From Patescibacteria group bacterium (GTDB lineage: Bacteria; Patescibacteriota; Patescibacteriia; UBA9934; GWF2-40-263): a stretch of 64,000 bases of DNA. A program made the position numbers and the translations under genes. Position 1 is the stretch's first letter, and each line of letters opens with the position of its first letter. The stretch lies in assembly GCA_041661745.1 (NCBI GenBank), contig JBAZTR010000001.1:186471-250470 (forward strand), in the 5' to 3' direction. The notes under the pieces were generated by a model that ran no database searches, was not told where the DNA came from, and saw nothing but the letters and a program-made list of their open reading frames with translations. Below are positions 36,681-46,457 of this stretch, one piece after another.

Positions 36681-37757
36681 CTAGCGGTGGCCGGGGGCGG
36701 CGACGATCCCGTTGATCGGAGCGGGCGGAGCGAGTCCCTCCTCGATCGAGTTGGCCACCATAGTAAGTCTGCCGGCGATCAAGGCAGCAGCCAGGAGGAT
36801 CGCCAGGACCACGCTCCCGATGACCGCCGGAACCACCCACGGCTTCATGGGGGCCGGCGGGACGGCCGGGGCAGGAGGCTCGGGCGGCGGGGGCGGCTTG
36901 GCCATGTGCGGCGTCAGCTGGTCGACCACCTCCTTAACGGCCTTGCCGACCATCTCGCCATTCCGGATCATCAGGTCGCCGACGATCTTCGGATCAACGC
37001 CGGGCGGGATCGCGATGACCGGAGCGGCGACTCGCGAGGCCGAGCCCGCGGGCGGGGTCGAGCTGCGCGGAGGAGGCGACGGCGGCGGGGCGGCGACCTT
37101 GGTCTTGAACGTGAAGGCGTCCGCCAGGAAGACGGACTCGCCACCGTTGTTCTTGACCTCGACGCTCGCCACTCCGACCGGGAAGGCGGGAGTCTTGGCC
37201 AGGATCTTGGTGTCGGACACGAACCGGATGTCCGTGCCGACGACCTTGGTCGCGGGCGTGAAGAAGAACACCTGGCAGTCGGCCGTGAAGCCGCTGCCGG
37301 TCACCTCGACCTCGAGGCCACCAGTCTCCTCGCCCTCGGTGGGCGTGATGGAGGTGACGGCGAGAACGGGAGGCGGTGGGGGCGGAGGCGGCGGTGGGCT
37401 GCTGATCGCGACGACCCAGCCGACCGCTCGGGCGTGGGCGAGCGCCCGATCCTTGAAGTCGGGCCGCCAGTCCCGGATGGCCTCGAGCTCGGTCATGATC
37501 TCGGCCTCGGAGCGGTTGGCCGAAGCCACGACCAGCTCCTCGACCTTGCAGATGATGTCGATGACCGTGGTGTCATCGTTGCCCAGCGCGGCCGCTTTCG
37601 TGAACTTGTCCGCGACATCGACCGAGACGTTGTCCCACTCGGTGAACTTCCAGGCCATGAGCGAGCTGAAGTCGCCGGCCGGGCTGGGGGCAGACCAGAT
37701 GGCCACGGCCGCATGGAACGCGGCCTGCTGTTCTGGGGTGAGGGTAGTGATGTCCAT
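36681..37757 (-). CDS. high-GC surface-type protein with an IPT/TIG-like Ig domain, poly-Pro linkers and a C-terminal TM anchor
   Basis: The 358-aa product has PPPPPPPPPP; an Ig-like segment VTSITPTEGEETGGLEVEVTGSGF...VFFF...IRFVSDTKILAKTP...VEVKNNGG..SV..D.FTF; and a C-terminal hydrophobic stretch AVIGSVVLAILLAAALIAG. GGAGA lies before the ATG. The long + strand ORFs here are Arg-rich antisense artefacts. Confidence 0.6.
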   Translation of the reverse strand: MDITTLTPEQQAAFHAAVAIWSAPSPAGDFSSLMAWKFTEWDNVSVDVADKFTKAAALGNDDTTVIDIICKVEELVVASANRSEAEIMTELEAIRDWRPDFKDRALAHARAVGWVVAISSPPPPPPPPPPVLAVTSITPTEGEETGGLEVEVTGSGFTADCQVFFFTPATKVVGTDIRFVSDTKILAKTPAFPVGVASVEVKNNGGESVFLADAFTFKTKVAAPPPSPPPRSSTPPAGSASRVAAPVIAIPPGVDPKIVGDLMIRNGEMVGKAVKEVVDQLTPHMAKPPPPPEPPAPAVPPAPMKPWVVPAVIGSVVLAILLAAALIAGRLTMVANSIEEGLAPPAPINGIVAAPGHR

Positions 37758-37908
37758 GGTATCTCCGGGGTCAGGGAGGGTGGGAGAAGGTGCATCAAAC
37801 AGCCGAAAAACCGGCCGAATGAACAGAGAAAAATATCACATTTTCCAAAAAAAGTCAAGAATCTTATCAAAAACAAAAATTTATCAAAAAAAGAATTTCC
37901 TTCTAATC

Positions 37909-37938
37909 TTGACAAAAACCAAAAAATGGGCTATTTTA
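37909..37938 (+). promoter_or_regulatory. sigma70-like promoter (TTGACA, 17 nt spacer, TATTTT) in the AT-rich divergent spacer, driving the 38065 gene
   Basis: cTTGACAaaaaccaaaaaatgggcTATTTTact. A strong SD GGGAGGA lies 6 nt before the ATG at 38065. Confidence 0.45.
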
Positions 37939-38064
37939 CTTAGCTCGAATTGAGCACAAGGTAGTTAGCTCCCTAAACAATTCACCCAATTCGTTCGTAA
38001 GTTTTTTTGTCGTAATTCTTCGCCAGAACGCTGAACACACCCGAACCCCGAAAGGGAGGACAAA

Positions 38065-39222
38065 ATGAGCGAGATCAACATCCTGGATCTCTGGGCAGCA
38101 ACCGGCATCATGGAGGCGCTCCTGCCCCTGATCCGAGAGGTCGACAAAAGGTTCGTCCCCGAGGACCACAACCTGACCTACAACCAGGTCGAGTGGAGCC
38201 GTCACGGCGACGGATGCATCGGAAGCATCATGCTCGTCGACGAGGACGGCAAGGATCAGGAGATCGCCTGCTACCCGATCTCGACCAGGTGGAACGTGGA
38301 CATCACCACCCCCCACATGGTACTGGCCTTCCAGGTCACCAGAAGCAACAACGAACCCGAAACCGAGGACGACCTGAGCGACGGTCGCTGGTACGCCATT
38401 CCGGTCGGTCTGGCACCAACCTCGATCCGGACCAAAGTCGAGAGGGCCTTCCAGGAAGTCGGCCTCCTCAACGGTCGTCTCCCCGGCCTCAAGCCGCACG
38501 AGTGGGACGACTCTCCGGAACGCCGGTTCAACCTGGTCTTCCAGCGCCGGCGCGGCGACATGATCGCCTGGTACCAGGGGAAGGTCTGCGTCCTGGTCGA
38601 AGGTTCGCCAATCCCCAAGCCCGGCAAGGAGGTCATCTGCGAAGTGGTGACCGAGCGCCTGAGCAAGGTCGTCGTCCGCTGGACGGGCATGACCGTCGAG
38701 CAGGCCAGGAAGAGGATCGACGAACAGCGACGCCTGGCCGGTCTCCGAAGCAGCATCCGCCGGGCCGCGCGCGTGGAGCGACCCGAGCTCAAGGATCCCG
38801 TGGCCGCCATGGGGCTCGAGCCGGACAAGCTGAGCGGCGGACGCCTCAACAGCGCCTACCGCCGGCTGCGCCAGCAGGTCCCGACGACCGAGGAGGAGGC
38901 CGGCGCCAACCCGCTGGCCAAGGCCATGGTCGAAGTCGGCCTGCCCTTCCAGGCCGACAACCTAGACTGGCCGGTGTTCTACGCCGAGTACCTCGACCGG
39001 GCCGACCGGGCCGCGGTCCAGGTCCTCAAGGACAAGCGCACGAAGGAGCGCGAGGAGGCCGAACGCACGGCCACCCCGCCGCCCGTCGAGCCCGCCACCG
39101 AAGGCGAGGGCCACGAGGAAGCGGTCGCCGACCTCGACACCGCCGACGAAGACCTCCTGGTCGAGGAGTCGACCGACGACGGCTCCGCCCAGCCCCGCGA
39201 GGAGGGCGCGAACGCGAAGTAG
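38065..39222 (+). CDS. high-GC hypothetical protein (385 aa, acidic C-terminal tail)
   Basis: A long ORF with a strong RBS and its own promoter and terminator. No motif recognised. The C-terminus is Glu/Asp-rich. Confidence 0.55.
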   Translation: MSEINILDLWAATGIMEALLPLIREVDKRFVPEDHNLTYNQVEWSRHGDGCIGSIMLVDEDGKDQEIACYPISTRWNVDITTPHMVLAFQVTRSNNEPETEDDLSDGRWYAIPVGLAPTSIRTKVERAFQEVGLLNGRLPGLKPHEWDDSPERRFNLVFQRRRGDMIAWYQGKVCVLVEGSPIPKPGKEVICEVVTERLSKVVVRWTGMTVEQARKRIDEQRRLAGLRSSIRRAARVERPELKDPVAAMGLEPDKLSGGRLNSAYRRLRQQVPTTEEEAGANPLAKAMVEVGLPFQADNLDWPVFYAEYLDRADRAAVQVLKDKRTKEREEAERTATPPPVEPATEGEGHEEAVADLDTADEDLLVEESTDDGSAQPREEGANAK

Positions 39223-39254
39223 ACGGACTTCCCCGTCAACTTCACGTCCCACAC

Positions 39255-39293
39255 GGCCGCTGTGCACCTAGTGCATGGCGGCCTTTTTCTTTT
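39255..39293 (+). terminator. rho-independent terminator (GGCCGC..GCGGCC hairpin plus TTTTTCTTTT)
   Basis: A GC hairpin lies 33 nt after the 39222 stop, followed by a T-run. Confidence 0.6.
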
Positions 39294-39363
39294 ACAAAAA
39301 TTTATGACTATCGACCGTGACTGTGGTATAATATTTAAAACAAAAGAAAATAAAAAAACTTTT

Positions 39364-40143
39364 ATGTCTATTTATCCAAATTGGAAAGGCGAAAGAGTGT
39401 ACGCTATCGCCGTTTTCGTACTCATTGTGAGCGCGATTATTTATCTCGGCGTAAAAATTGACAACATTGTCCGACAATCAAAAGAAGTCGGTCAACCCAC
39501 GCCCTATGAACATACAATCATGATTGAAGGCGAAGGCACGGTTACTGGTAAGCCAGATATTGCCACTTTTGTCATGGGCACGGAAAGCCATGGGGTCGAT
39601 GCGGCCGCGGCACAAACCGCCAATAGCACCATCATGAATAAAATTATTGAAGATACTAAGGGCTTAGGAATTTCTGAAGACGATATTCAAACTTCCGGCT
39701 ACAATATTTACGAAGATCTTCAATGGAATTCGGACACTGGTGATTATGATTCAAAAGGATGGATCGTTTCCAACTATGTCACGGTTAAAGTCCGCGATGT
39801 TTCCAAACTTTCAACCGTCTTAGCTATGGCCGGTCAAAATGGCATTACTGATATTTCCGGTCCAACTTTCACAATTGATGACACCACTAATTTAAAGGCC
39901 GAGGCCAGAACCGAAGCTATTCAACAAGCGCAAACCAAAGCGCAAGCTATTGCCACAGCCCTTGGTATGAGAATTGAAAAAGTTGTTGGTTACAGCGAAT
40001 GGTCCCCTTCGATTTATGACTACTCATATGCTTATGGTATGGGTGGGTCAGACGAAAAATTAAGTTCAGCCATGCCATCTATCGAGGCCGGTTCAACCGA
40101 AGTTTCACTAACCGTTTCCATCACTTACAAATTGGCCGAATAA
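39364..40143 (+). CDS. SIMPL/DUF541 domain protein (26 kDa periplasmic immunogenic protein-like)
   Basis: The product has an N-terminal TM, then IEGEGTVTGKPDIATF...GWIVSNYVTVKV...GPTF.IDD....AR.EAI..A..KA in the SIMPL pattern. The start was moved to MSIYPNW. The ORF track's earlier start lies in the high-GC terminator. Confidence 0.65.
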   Translation: MSIYPNWKGERVYAIAVFVLIVSAIIYLGVKIDNIVRQSKEVGQPTPYEHTIMIEGEGTVTGKPDIATFVMGTESHGVDAAAAQTANSTIMNKIIEDTKGLGISEDDIQTSGYNIYEDLQWNSDTGDYDSKGWIVSNYVTVKVRDVSKLSTVLAMAGQNGITDISGPTFTIDDTTNLKAEARTEAIQQAQTKAQAIATALGMRIEKVVGYSEWSPSIYDYSYAYGMGGSDEKLSSAMPSIEAGSTEVSLTVSITYKLAE

Positions 40144-40184
40144 TTACAAAAATAAAAATCGCCCTGTTCAACAGAGCGATTTTT

Positions 40185-41402
40185 TTATTTTTTCTTTAAT
40201 ACATCGACAATCAGTTTTGCCACCCCCAGGGCGGTACCATCAAAAACTATTTGCGAACGAATCGGAACACCAGAAATCTTTTGCTGCTCTTCAATAATTA
40301 TTCCATCACGAGTCACCCCACCATCGACAATAATCAGTTTTGGTTTATTTGGTAATTTTTTGATAAGAATATCAACTTTCTTGGCAATACCAGTCAGAAC
40401 CTGTCGCAACTTTTTTGGATCTTTCAAAACCGGTTCAACCGCCGCGGCACAGTTTTCCACTTTAGCTTCAAAACAGAAGATCGGTTTTCCACCAACAGTC
40501 GGAAGAAGCGTGGTAAAAAAATCCGCATGAAGTTTAAATTTATTACCAAGCGATTGATCAACAAAAGCCCCAGTTCCGTAGGTCACTTTGGTTGCGCCGA
40601 CTTTTGTTCCGGCCGCATAGGCACTGGCTTGCTGATCACCGGCCACAGCCAAAACTGGAAGTTTGGCTCCGATAATCTCTTTCTTTAAAAAACCAAACTT
40701 AGCTCCGGAAGAAAAAACATCAGGCAGTATTTCCCGCGGCACTCCGAAAAGCTCCAATAGCTCTTCGTCCCAATCTTTTTTCTTTAAATTAAACAATAAT
40801 GTCCTAGACGCATTTGTTTCATCAGTCAGAAAAGGTTCGTCTTCACACAAATTCCAAAGAAACCAAGTATCAACCGTGCCAACCAAAAGTCTTTCAGCCG
40901 CCAAAAGTTGGCGGGCTTTTGGAACATTCTCCAAAATCCATTGAATCTTAGTCGCGGAAAAATACGGATCAAGTCGAAGGCCGGTTTTTTCTGATATCAA
41001 GCCCTCACAAAAACCCTTAGTGCCCTTTAATGCCTTAACGCCCTTTAGCGTCCTTTTATCTTCCCAAACAATCGCCGGATAAATAGGCTGACCGGTTATA
41101 CGATCCCAAGCGATAACTGTTTCGCGTTGATTGGTTAAACCAAAACCGGAAAAATGATTAAGTTTAACTCGACTGGCTCGAACCGCCTCTTTTAAAACTT
41201 GCTTGGCGGCTGACAAAATTTCCAAAGGATCTTGTTCAACCCAATCTTTTTTAAGGCGGCGTTTTTTAACCGGTCGATTGACTCGCGCCTCAATTTTAAA
41301 TTCCGCATTAAAAACAAAAGCTTTAATGCCAGTGGTTCCAACATCCAAAACCAGTGTGTGATCAACCTTGTTGTAGGTATTTTTCGAAAAGTTTTTTAGC
41401 AT
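40185..41402 (-). CDS. FGGY-family carbohydrate kinase (glycerol-kinase-like)
   Basis: The segment HTLVLDVGTTGIKAFVF...TNQRETVIAWD...IVWEDKRT resembles GlpK (AIDQGTTSSRAV...TNQRETTIVW...AIVWQDRRT). Confidence 0.7.
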   Translation of the reverse strand: MLKNFSKNTYNKVDHTLVLDVGTTGIKAFVFNAEFKIEARVNRPVKKRRLKKDWVEQDPLEILSAAKQVLKEAVRASRVKLNHFSGFGLTNQRETVIAWDRITGQPIYPAIVWEDKRTLKGVKALKGTKGFCEGLISEKTGLRLDPYFSATKIQWILENVPKARQLLAAERLLVGTVDTWFLWNLCEDEPFLTDETNASRTLLFNLKKKDWDEELLELFGVPREILPDVFSSGAKFGFLKKEIIGAKLPVLAVAGDQQASAYAAGTKVGATKVTYGTGAFVDQSLGNKFKLHADFFTTLLPTVGGKPIFCFEAKVENCAAAVEPVLKDPKKLRQVLTGIAKKVDILIKKLPNKPKLIIVDGGVTRDGIIIEEQQKISGVPIRSQIVFDGTALGVAKLIVDVLKKK

Positions 41403-42258
41403 TCTTTTTACTGATTAAAATATTTTGTAAAATTACCAGAAGCGGATAATTTTTTGTTGAGGGACCGAGACGTTTCCAAACCGCCGGAAAAGAAATCACA
41501 CCTTCACCGACAACAGAAAATTTACCCGTTTTGGCAATGGCCACGCCAGTAGCCCGATTTTTAGAATAAGAACTAAAACCAGTGGCAATAAAATCACTCA
41601 AACCGGCGGTGTAACAAACGGTTTCCGTTTTTCCACCAAGCTTAACGGTAATTTTTTCCATTTCCGACAAACTCTGGCTAACCAACCACGCCTCGGCGTT
41701 TGCTCCCCAACCAAGCTCATCAACCAGTCCCAGGGCAACAGCATAAATATTCTTTAAAACACCGGCCGCGGCTACGCCAATTAAATCATTAGTCGTTTCA
41801 AAACGAATGGCGCTACCGGAACACAAACTGACAAGTTTTTTAAAAGCCGCTGAATTTTTTGTGGCCAAAACTGAAACTCCCGGTTTGCCCTGCATTATTT
41901 CTTCGGCCAGCATTGGCCCGCCGCAAAGAGCAAAAGGCTGTCCGACCGGCAAAATTTCCGACAAAACCTCGGACATGAATTTATTCGTTTTTAATTCAAC
42001 ACCTTTTGACAAACAAACGAGACCGGTTTTCTTTTTCAAAAAAGGAAGAATAGCATTAACAGCCGGCCGCACGGCTTGTGATGGAACACAAAGAAATAAA
42101 TAATCGGCTTTCGGCACAGTTAACTCTAGTGACTTTTGTTTGGGCACACGCGACAAATCTCTGTCCCACAATTCAATGTGTGCGCCTTGTTTTTTTAAAA
42201 CAAAAGCCAGAGCCTGGCCGATTTCTCCAGCACCGATGATAACGATATTAAGAGGCAT
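41362..42258 (-). CDS. gpsA: NAD(P)H-dependent glycerol-3-phosphate dehydrogenase
   Basis: The 298-aa product has the Rossmann N-terminus IVIIGAGEIGQALA and the GpsA C-terminal domain. Confidence 0.8.
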   Translation of the reverse strand: MPLNIVIIGAGEIGQALAFVLKKQGAHIELWDRDLSRVPKQKSLELTVPKADYLFLCVPSQAVRPAVNAILPFLKKKTGLVCLSKGVELKTNKFMSEVLSEILPVGQPFALCGGPMLAEEIMQGKPGVSVLATKNSAAFKKLVSLCSGSAIRFETTNDLIGVAAAGVLKNIYAVALGLVDELGWGANAEAWLVSQSLSEMEKITVKLGGKTETVCYTAGLSDFIATGFSSYSKNRATGVAIAKTGKFSVVGEGVISFPAVWKRLGPSTKNYPLLVILQNILISKKNAKKLFEKYLQQG

Positions 42259-42838
42259 AAGGGGTCGAAGGGGTTAAAAGGGTTAAAGGGGACAAAGGGT
42301 TTTTTCGCTCAATTGTTTGAAAGTAGCTTCTCCCAAAATTTCTGAACCATCGACAAACTGCCAGGTGGGATAACCCTTAATGCCGGCTGTAGCACAAACC
42401 TCGGCTTGGCCGGATTCGTTATCAGCGGCGCATTCAATGTAATTAATATACTGAACGCTTTCACCAAAAGCTTTCTTTTGCTTTTGGCAGTGCGGACACC
42501 AAGAAGCACCGTATAAAGCCGCTCCCTTTTCGGTTAGACATTTGGCAAAAGCATCCATGTCCGTTGGAGCAGTTGGTTCGGAAGGAACCGAAACGTCGGA
42601 AGCGGAATTTGTGGTAGCCGATTCATTAGCATCGGTTTTTGCTTCGCTTTTATTATTGATAAAGACAAAACCACAGACAATAATTAAGACAAAAATTCCA
42701 AATATCACCAAAAGAATTGGGTGAGTTTTATGCAGATTAAATTTCATAGCTGTTTTATTGTAGCAAAAAAAGACTAAAAGGCCAAAACCCTTTAGTCCCC
42801 TTAACGCCCCATAATGCCCTTTAAGGCCCGAACGCCGC
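42259..42838. repeat. family-4 G-tract inverted repeats (TTAAAGGGGACAAAGGGTTTT) bracketing the thioredoxin-like gene
   Basis: 42259-42300 reads AAGGGGTCGAAGGGGTTAAAAGGGTTAAAGGGGACAAAGGGTTTTTT. The reverse complement of 42788-42838 reads ...GGGCGTTAAGGGGACTAAAGGGTTTTGG. The element fills the gpsA-typA spacer exactly. Confidence 0.5.
42283..42747 (-). CDS. membrane-anchored thioredoxin-fold protein (WCPHC active site)
   Basis: The product has an N-terminal TM and ...LYGASWCPHCQKQK.... The start was moved to MKFNLHK. Confidence 0.6.
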   Translation of the reverse strand: MKFNLHKTHPILLVIFGIFVLIIVCGFVFINNKSEAKTDANESATTNSASDVSVPSEPTAPTDMDAFAKCLTEKGAALYGASWCPHCQKQKKAFGESVQYINYIECAADNESGQAEVCATAGIKGYPTWQFVDGSEILGEATFKQLSEKTLCPL

Positions 42839-44665
42839 TTACAAACCCAAACGTTTGGCCTGATCCCGATGACGCGCATTCAAATCAAGGATTGTCTTTC
42901 TAATACGTAAATTTTTTGGAGTGACTTCCAACAGCTCATCATCGCCCAAATATTCGAGGCAAGCTTCCAAAGTCATAATTCGTGGAGCTTCCAAGGCCGC
43001 GCTAACACCGTCACCTTTACTGCGCATGTTGGAAAGACGTTTTTCTTTACAAGGATTAACTTCCACATCCTCAGTGCGAGAATACTGACCAACGACCATA
43101 CCGGCGTAAACCTCGACCCCGGTATCGACGAACAACGTGCCACGCAGCTGTAAGTTGCGTAAAGCGTAACCAACGGTCTCGCCGTTTTCCATGGAAACGA
43201 GCGAACCGTGAGCCCCGGCGGACATTTCACCGGCAAAGGGCCGATAACCCAAAAGTAAGCTGTTGATAATACCCTGCCCTTTAGTATCAGTTAAAAACTC
43301 GCTGCGATAACCAATAAGACCGCGGGTTGGAATCTCAAATTCAAGAAATGAAGTTCCGTTTTCAACTTTCATGTCCTTCATTTCACCGCGACGCTGACCC
43401 ATTTTTTCAATAACAATACCACCGAAACTTTCCGGACATTCTAAAAAGACGGATTCGTAAGGCTCGGTTCTGACCCCGTTTTCCTCGTGGAAAATAACCT
43501 GCGGGCGCGAGACTTCCATTTCATAACCCTCACGACGCATTTTTTCAATCAAAATAGCCAAGTGCAATTCACCACGACCGGAAACCACAAAACCGCTGTC
43601 ATTTTCGCCTTGTTCAACTCGCAAAGCCACGTCGTTCAAAAGTTCACGATCCAAACGTTCTTTCAAATTACGGGAGGTGGAATAAATTCCCTCATTACCG
43701 GCAAAAGGCGAGGTGTTAACGGCAAAAGTCATTTTAACTGTCGGCTCTTCGATTTTTGTTACCGGCAACGCAATAGGATTAGCTGTATCAGCAATAGTTT
43801 CACCAATCTGAACATCTTCCACACCGGAAACAGCGACAATTTCACCGGCGGGAATTTCATCAGCTTCAACACGGCTCAAGCCATCAAAAATTTGAACGCT
43901 GGTTAATCTAACTTGTTTGGAAACACCATCACGATTGATATGAGTAACCATTTGGCCATTACGAACCACGCCACCAATAACTCGGCCAATAGCAATGCGA
44001 CCCTTGTAGTTGTCGTACTGAAGGTTAACCACGGAAATCTGTAACGGTTTTGTAGCATCACCAGTTGGCGCAGGAATTTTTTCCACAATCACATCAAGCA
44101 AAGCGGAAACATCTTTCATGGAAGACAAATCCGGTTCAACGCCAGCCACGCCATTAACCGCCGAAGCGTAGATAACTGGGAAATCAGTCTGCTCATCGGT
44201 CGCCCCGAGCTCCACAAACAAATCAAAAGTCTTATTCAACACCCAATCTGGCCGTGCATCCTTTTTGTCGATCTTATTGATGACAACAATAATCTTGTGT
44301 CCGGCCTCCAAGGCCTTGCGAAGAACGAAACGAGTCTGTGGCATGGGACCTTCCTTGGCATCAACAAGCAAAAGACAGCCATCGACAAGATTCATGATGC
44401 GCTCCACCTCACCGCCAAAGTCCGCGTGTCCCGGAGTATCGACAATATTGATTTTAATACCCTTCCATTTAATGGAAGCGTTTTTGGAAAAAATAGTAAT
44501 ACCACGTTCACGTTCAAGCTCGTTTGAGTCCATGATGGTGGTGCCCATGGCCGCGGCATCACGGAAGGTATTTGACTGTTTCAAAAGCGCGTCGACCAAA
44601 GTGGTTTTACCATGGTCAACGTGGGCAATAATGGCAACGTTTCGGATTTGGTCAGGGGAAATCAT
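42839..44665 (-). CDS. typA: translational GTPase TypA/BipA
   Basis: The product has [32 protein letters not shown] and the EF-G-like domains. The ORF track start is 44704. The likely start is MISPDQ. Confidence 0.9.
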   Translation of the reverse strand: MISPDQIRNVAIIAHVDHGKTTLVDALLKQSNTFRDAAAMGTTIMDSNELERERGITIFSKNASIKWKGIKINIVDTPGHADFGGEVERIMNLVDGCLLLVDAKEGPMPQTRFVLRKALEAGHKIIVVINKIDKKDARPDWVLNKTFDLFVELGATDEQTDFPVIYASAVNGVAGVEPDLSSMKDVSALLDVIVEKIPAPTGDATKPLQISVVNLQYDNYKGRIAIGRVIGGVVRNGQMVTHINRDGVSKQVRLTSVQIFDGLSRVEADEIPAGEIVAVSGVEDVQIGETIADTANPIALPVTKIEEPTVKMTFAVNTSPFAGNEGIYSTSRNLKERLDRELLNDVALRVEQGENDSGFVVSGRGELHLAILIEKMRREGYEMEVSRPQVIFHEENGVRTEPYESVFLECPESFGGIVIEKMGQRRGEMKDMKVENGTSFLEFEIPTRGLIGYRSEFLTDTKGQGIINSLLLGYRPFAGEMSAGAHGSLVSMENGETVGYALRNLQLRGTLFVDTGVEVYAGMVVGQYSRTEDVEVNPCKEKRLSNMRSKGDGVSAALEAPRIMTLEACLEYLGDDELLEVTPKNLRIRKTILDLNARHRDQAKRLGL

Positions 44666-44822
44666 AAGCGCGGTGATGATAACTGGTTTTTGGCTAATTG
44701 TCAATAATTTATTTTACGAGAAGAGCCTTTAAACGTCTTTTACGGTTGACATTTGTTCTTTTTCATAGTATCGTTATGGGCCGTCAAAATGACGAAGTTC
44801 CTTCAATCCCCTTTCTTATCGA

Positions 44823-46027
44823 TGGAGAAACCCATGCCCACGGAACGTATCGAACAAGCCCTGGCCTATTGGGAAGACATCTGCGTGCTGGAACGTCATC
44901 TGGCCATGCTAGAGGCCTTGCGTAAAAAGAAAAAATTCGAGCCCAAAGGGCCACTCAAGTACCTCGGATTCAGACAGGTCCTTGAAGAAGGCCTGGGGTG
45001 GAGCTTCGAATTCCTCTACGAGGGTGACCGAAAATCGTTGCAGGCAATGAAGCTGCTTCCGTTGATGATCTACGCCTGGATGTACTCATCCAAACGTGTC
45101 TTCCGAATGTCGTCTAAAACGATCGACGAACTGCTTCGCGAAGACCATCGACCGCCACCGTGCACCTGGGGAGAATTCCCCTGGCCGTTCGAGGCCTTCG
45201 TCGTGTCGTTCGAAACACCGCTACACCTACGACCAGAAGCCGATGGGTCTTACGACACCCTGATTGTCGTGAGTATCGTGCGCGATGGACACATGACTCT
45301 GTTGCTGCAGTGGTTGCCGGTTTTTCTCACCGAGTATCAACCGCTGACAGGCAAGGAGACGAGCGAAATGCTCATCGATCTTGGCGAAGAGGTTCGCCGA
45401 GGTCGCGAAGAGGTTCGCCAGGCCGGCGATGCAATCTTGGCCAAACTGCCCCGCAAAGTGCGTCGCCTACTAAAACGACAAAACCTGACGGCCGCCGCCG
45501 AGAAAACGGTCGGGTATACGGACGAAGAAATCGATCAATTGATAAACAACGACAAAGAGTACCTCCATTTGATCAGCTTTCCGGCCTTCCTGATTGATCG
45601 GGGCCTCTTCAGCGTAATCGGAGATCTGAACGAAAAGATAAGCGAAGGACCGCTTATGCGGCTCATCTATTCCTTCTGCAATCTCATCGCCAACGGAACA
45701 CGCGTAACTGAGGTTGTCGGAAGATCGAAACATCCAAAGACCGGCTCGTCGCGTAGCAACGACTTCACCGACGGGGCAAATATCTTCGAAGTCGGCTCGC
45801 AAACTGAATTCGCAAGTGGTGTGCGAACCAGGCATGCCTCCGACGAGCCGTCGGGTCGTACGGTGCGTCCGCACCCGCGACGCGGCTTTTACCGTCGCCC
45901 GCACGGCAGTGACCTCGAAGCGCCCAAGTCTGAGTGGGTAAACTCCACGTGGATCCACAGAGACGAAGCCACAAACAGGGGTCTACTCCCTGTATGCGAA
46001 ATCGTCGTGGATACGTCCAAGACTTGA
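44823..46027 (+). CDS. high-GC hypothetical protein (about 400 aa)
   Basis: A long ORF in a 60%+ GC segment that begins abruptly about 70 nt after typA. The precise start is uncertain. No motif recognised. Confidence 0.5.
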
Positions 46028-46037
46028 CCCTACCCTA

Positions 46038-46100
46038 CCCAGTCCGCCAAGACTGGGATTTTTTTATAAACAAAAAACAACCCTCCACGAAGGAAAGTTA
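46038..46100 (+). repeat. direct repeat A: terminator module CCCAGTC-CGCCAA-GACTGGG plus T7, then AAACAAAAAACAACCCTCCACGAAGGA(A/G)AGTT
   Basis: The 62 nt are identical to 47139-47201 except 1 nt. The first hairpin with its U-run looks like an intrinsic terminator. Confidence 0.75.
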
Positions 46101-46188
46101 TCTTTGATGACTCAATTGACGGTTTGTTTTAAAACATTTATACTCGATCAGCCGTAGAATTAAACGGCAAACAAAGAGAGGCTCCTTC

Positions 46189-46443
46189 ATGAAGATCAAA
46201 CGGTTCTTGTTGGGAGGGCTCGTCTTCCTCTGCATCCCCTTCCTCGCGGGCATCGACTGCAAGAAGCGGCTCGACTGCGCCGAAGAACACGTGGCCTGCG
46301 ACCAGCGCTGTGCCGAGGCGGCCAGCACCACCGGTCAGAACATCGTCACCACCTACTTCTACTGCAACGAGTTCACCGGCGATGTCGTCTGCGAGTGCGG
46401 GCTCGGCCTGGACTACGGCAGCTTCGAAACCTGTGAAGGCTAG
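46189..46443 (+). CDS. small secreted cysteine-rich peptide (signal peptide plus 8 Cys), high GC
   Basis: MKIKRFLLGGLVFLCIPFLAGIDC... has a lipobox-like LAGIDC. The mature part has 8 Cys in about 60 aa. AGAGAGG lies before the ATG. Confidence 0.55.
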   Translation: MKIKRFLLGGLVFLCIPFLAGIDCKKRLDCAEEHVACDQRCAEAASTTGQNIVTTYFYCNEFTGDVVCECGLGLDYGSFETCEG

Positions 46444-46457
46444 GAGGAAGAACCACC

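Noticed and set aside
36687-37953. Two long + strand ORFs (418 and 413 aa) overlapping the IPT/TIG gene, plus ORF 37493..37915 -
   Set aside because: Their translations are Arg/Gly/Pro-rich low-complexity (RGRRLGRRGRLG...), typical antisense read-through in 65% GC DNA. The minus-strand ORF has an RBS, promoter, terminator and recognisable domains.
38193-39320. 375-aa + strand ORF in an alternative frame over the 38065..39222 gene, and minus-strand ORFs 38271..38849, 38962..39267
   Set aside because: The products are Arg/Pro-rich with no hydrophobic core. The chosen frame begins at a strong SD directly after a promoter and ends at a terminator.
41020-41060. G-tract motif (CCCTTTAATGCCTTAACGCCCTTTAGCG) inside the FGGY kinase gene resembling the family-4 repeat
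   Set aside because: The encoded segment aligns in length with the corresponding GlpK loop, so it is not an insertion. The resemblance is likely coincidental low-complexity.
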